DNA of 64,000 nt from contig NC_083409.1 of NCBI RefSeq assembly GCF_020745735.1, positions 93,950,048 through 94,014,047 on the forward strand, given 5' to 3'. The stretch comes from Hemiscyllium ocellatum. Taxonomy: Eukaryota. A model generated the notes under the pieces. That model was not told where the DNA came from. It worked only from the letters and a program-made list of their open reading frames with translations, and made no database searches. Shown here in pieces: positions 63,725 through 64,000 of this stretch (positions are counted from its first letter, which is position 1; each line of letters begins with the position of its first letter). Both the position numbers and the translations under genes were made by a program.

Positions 63725-64000
63725 TAAATAGACAAAGTCCCTAGGGTGGGGGAGTTCAGAATTGGAGAACATAGGTTTAGGATGATGGGAGAAAGGTATA
63801 AAAGGAACCTAAGTGGCAACTTTTTCACACAGAAGATGGTGCATGTATGGAATGAGCTGTCAAAGGAAGTGTTGGAGGCTGATACAATTATATCATTTAG
63901 AAGGCATCTGGATGGGTATATGAATTGGAAGGGTTTAGAAGGATATGGACCAAGTGCTGACAAATGGGACTAGATTAGGTTAGGTATCTGGTTGGCATGG
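63725..64000 (+). mobile_element. CR1 3' end (runs to the window edge)
   Basis: ORF 63746-63973 'NFFTQKMVHVWNEL..FRRHLDGYM'; same subfamily as 7480-7790. Confidence 0.9.

Noticed and set aside
1-64000. CRISPR arrays, operons or other prokaryotic systems
   Set aside because: No regularly spaced repeat-spacer array and no gene-dense intact ORFs; the sequence is eukaryotic and TE-rich

Overview
Repeat-rich vertebrate nuclear DNA with no recognisable host protein-coding exon, so probably an intron or gene desert. The repeat complement (HE1-type V-SINEs, a SacSINE1/AmnSINE1-like DeuSINE, many CR1 LINEs) points to an elasmobranch (shark) genome. Every ORF I could assign to a protein family is a decayed transposon fragment. 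Main contents: nested, frameshifted CR1 LINEs; one ~5.5 kb L1-clade LINE with both ends and a TSD; nine HE1-type SINEs; a second tRNA-SINE family; a Tigger-like MITE; a possible Harbinger Myb/SANT remnant; three Penelope-like element (PLE) GIY-YIG fragments; and AT-rich unique blocks that may hold conserved enhancers. The most striking signal is a dense set (at least 12 clear copies, 4 sequence families) of short non-coding elements. They carry a minimal hammerhead-ribozyme core (CUGANGA-A-stemII-GAAA-CG-UC or -GC-UA), most are flanked by 9-18 bp target-site duplications, and many are fold-back palindromes, some with the ribozyme on both strands. They can be traced to the 3' ends of the PLE fragments in this same window. 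All calls come from visual inspection, so boundaries of old repeats are approximate.
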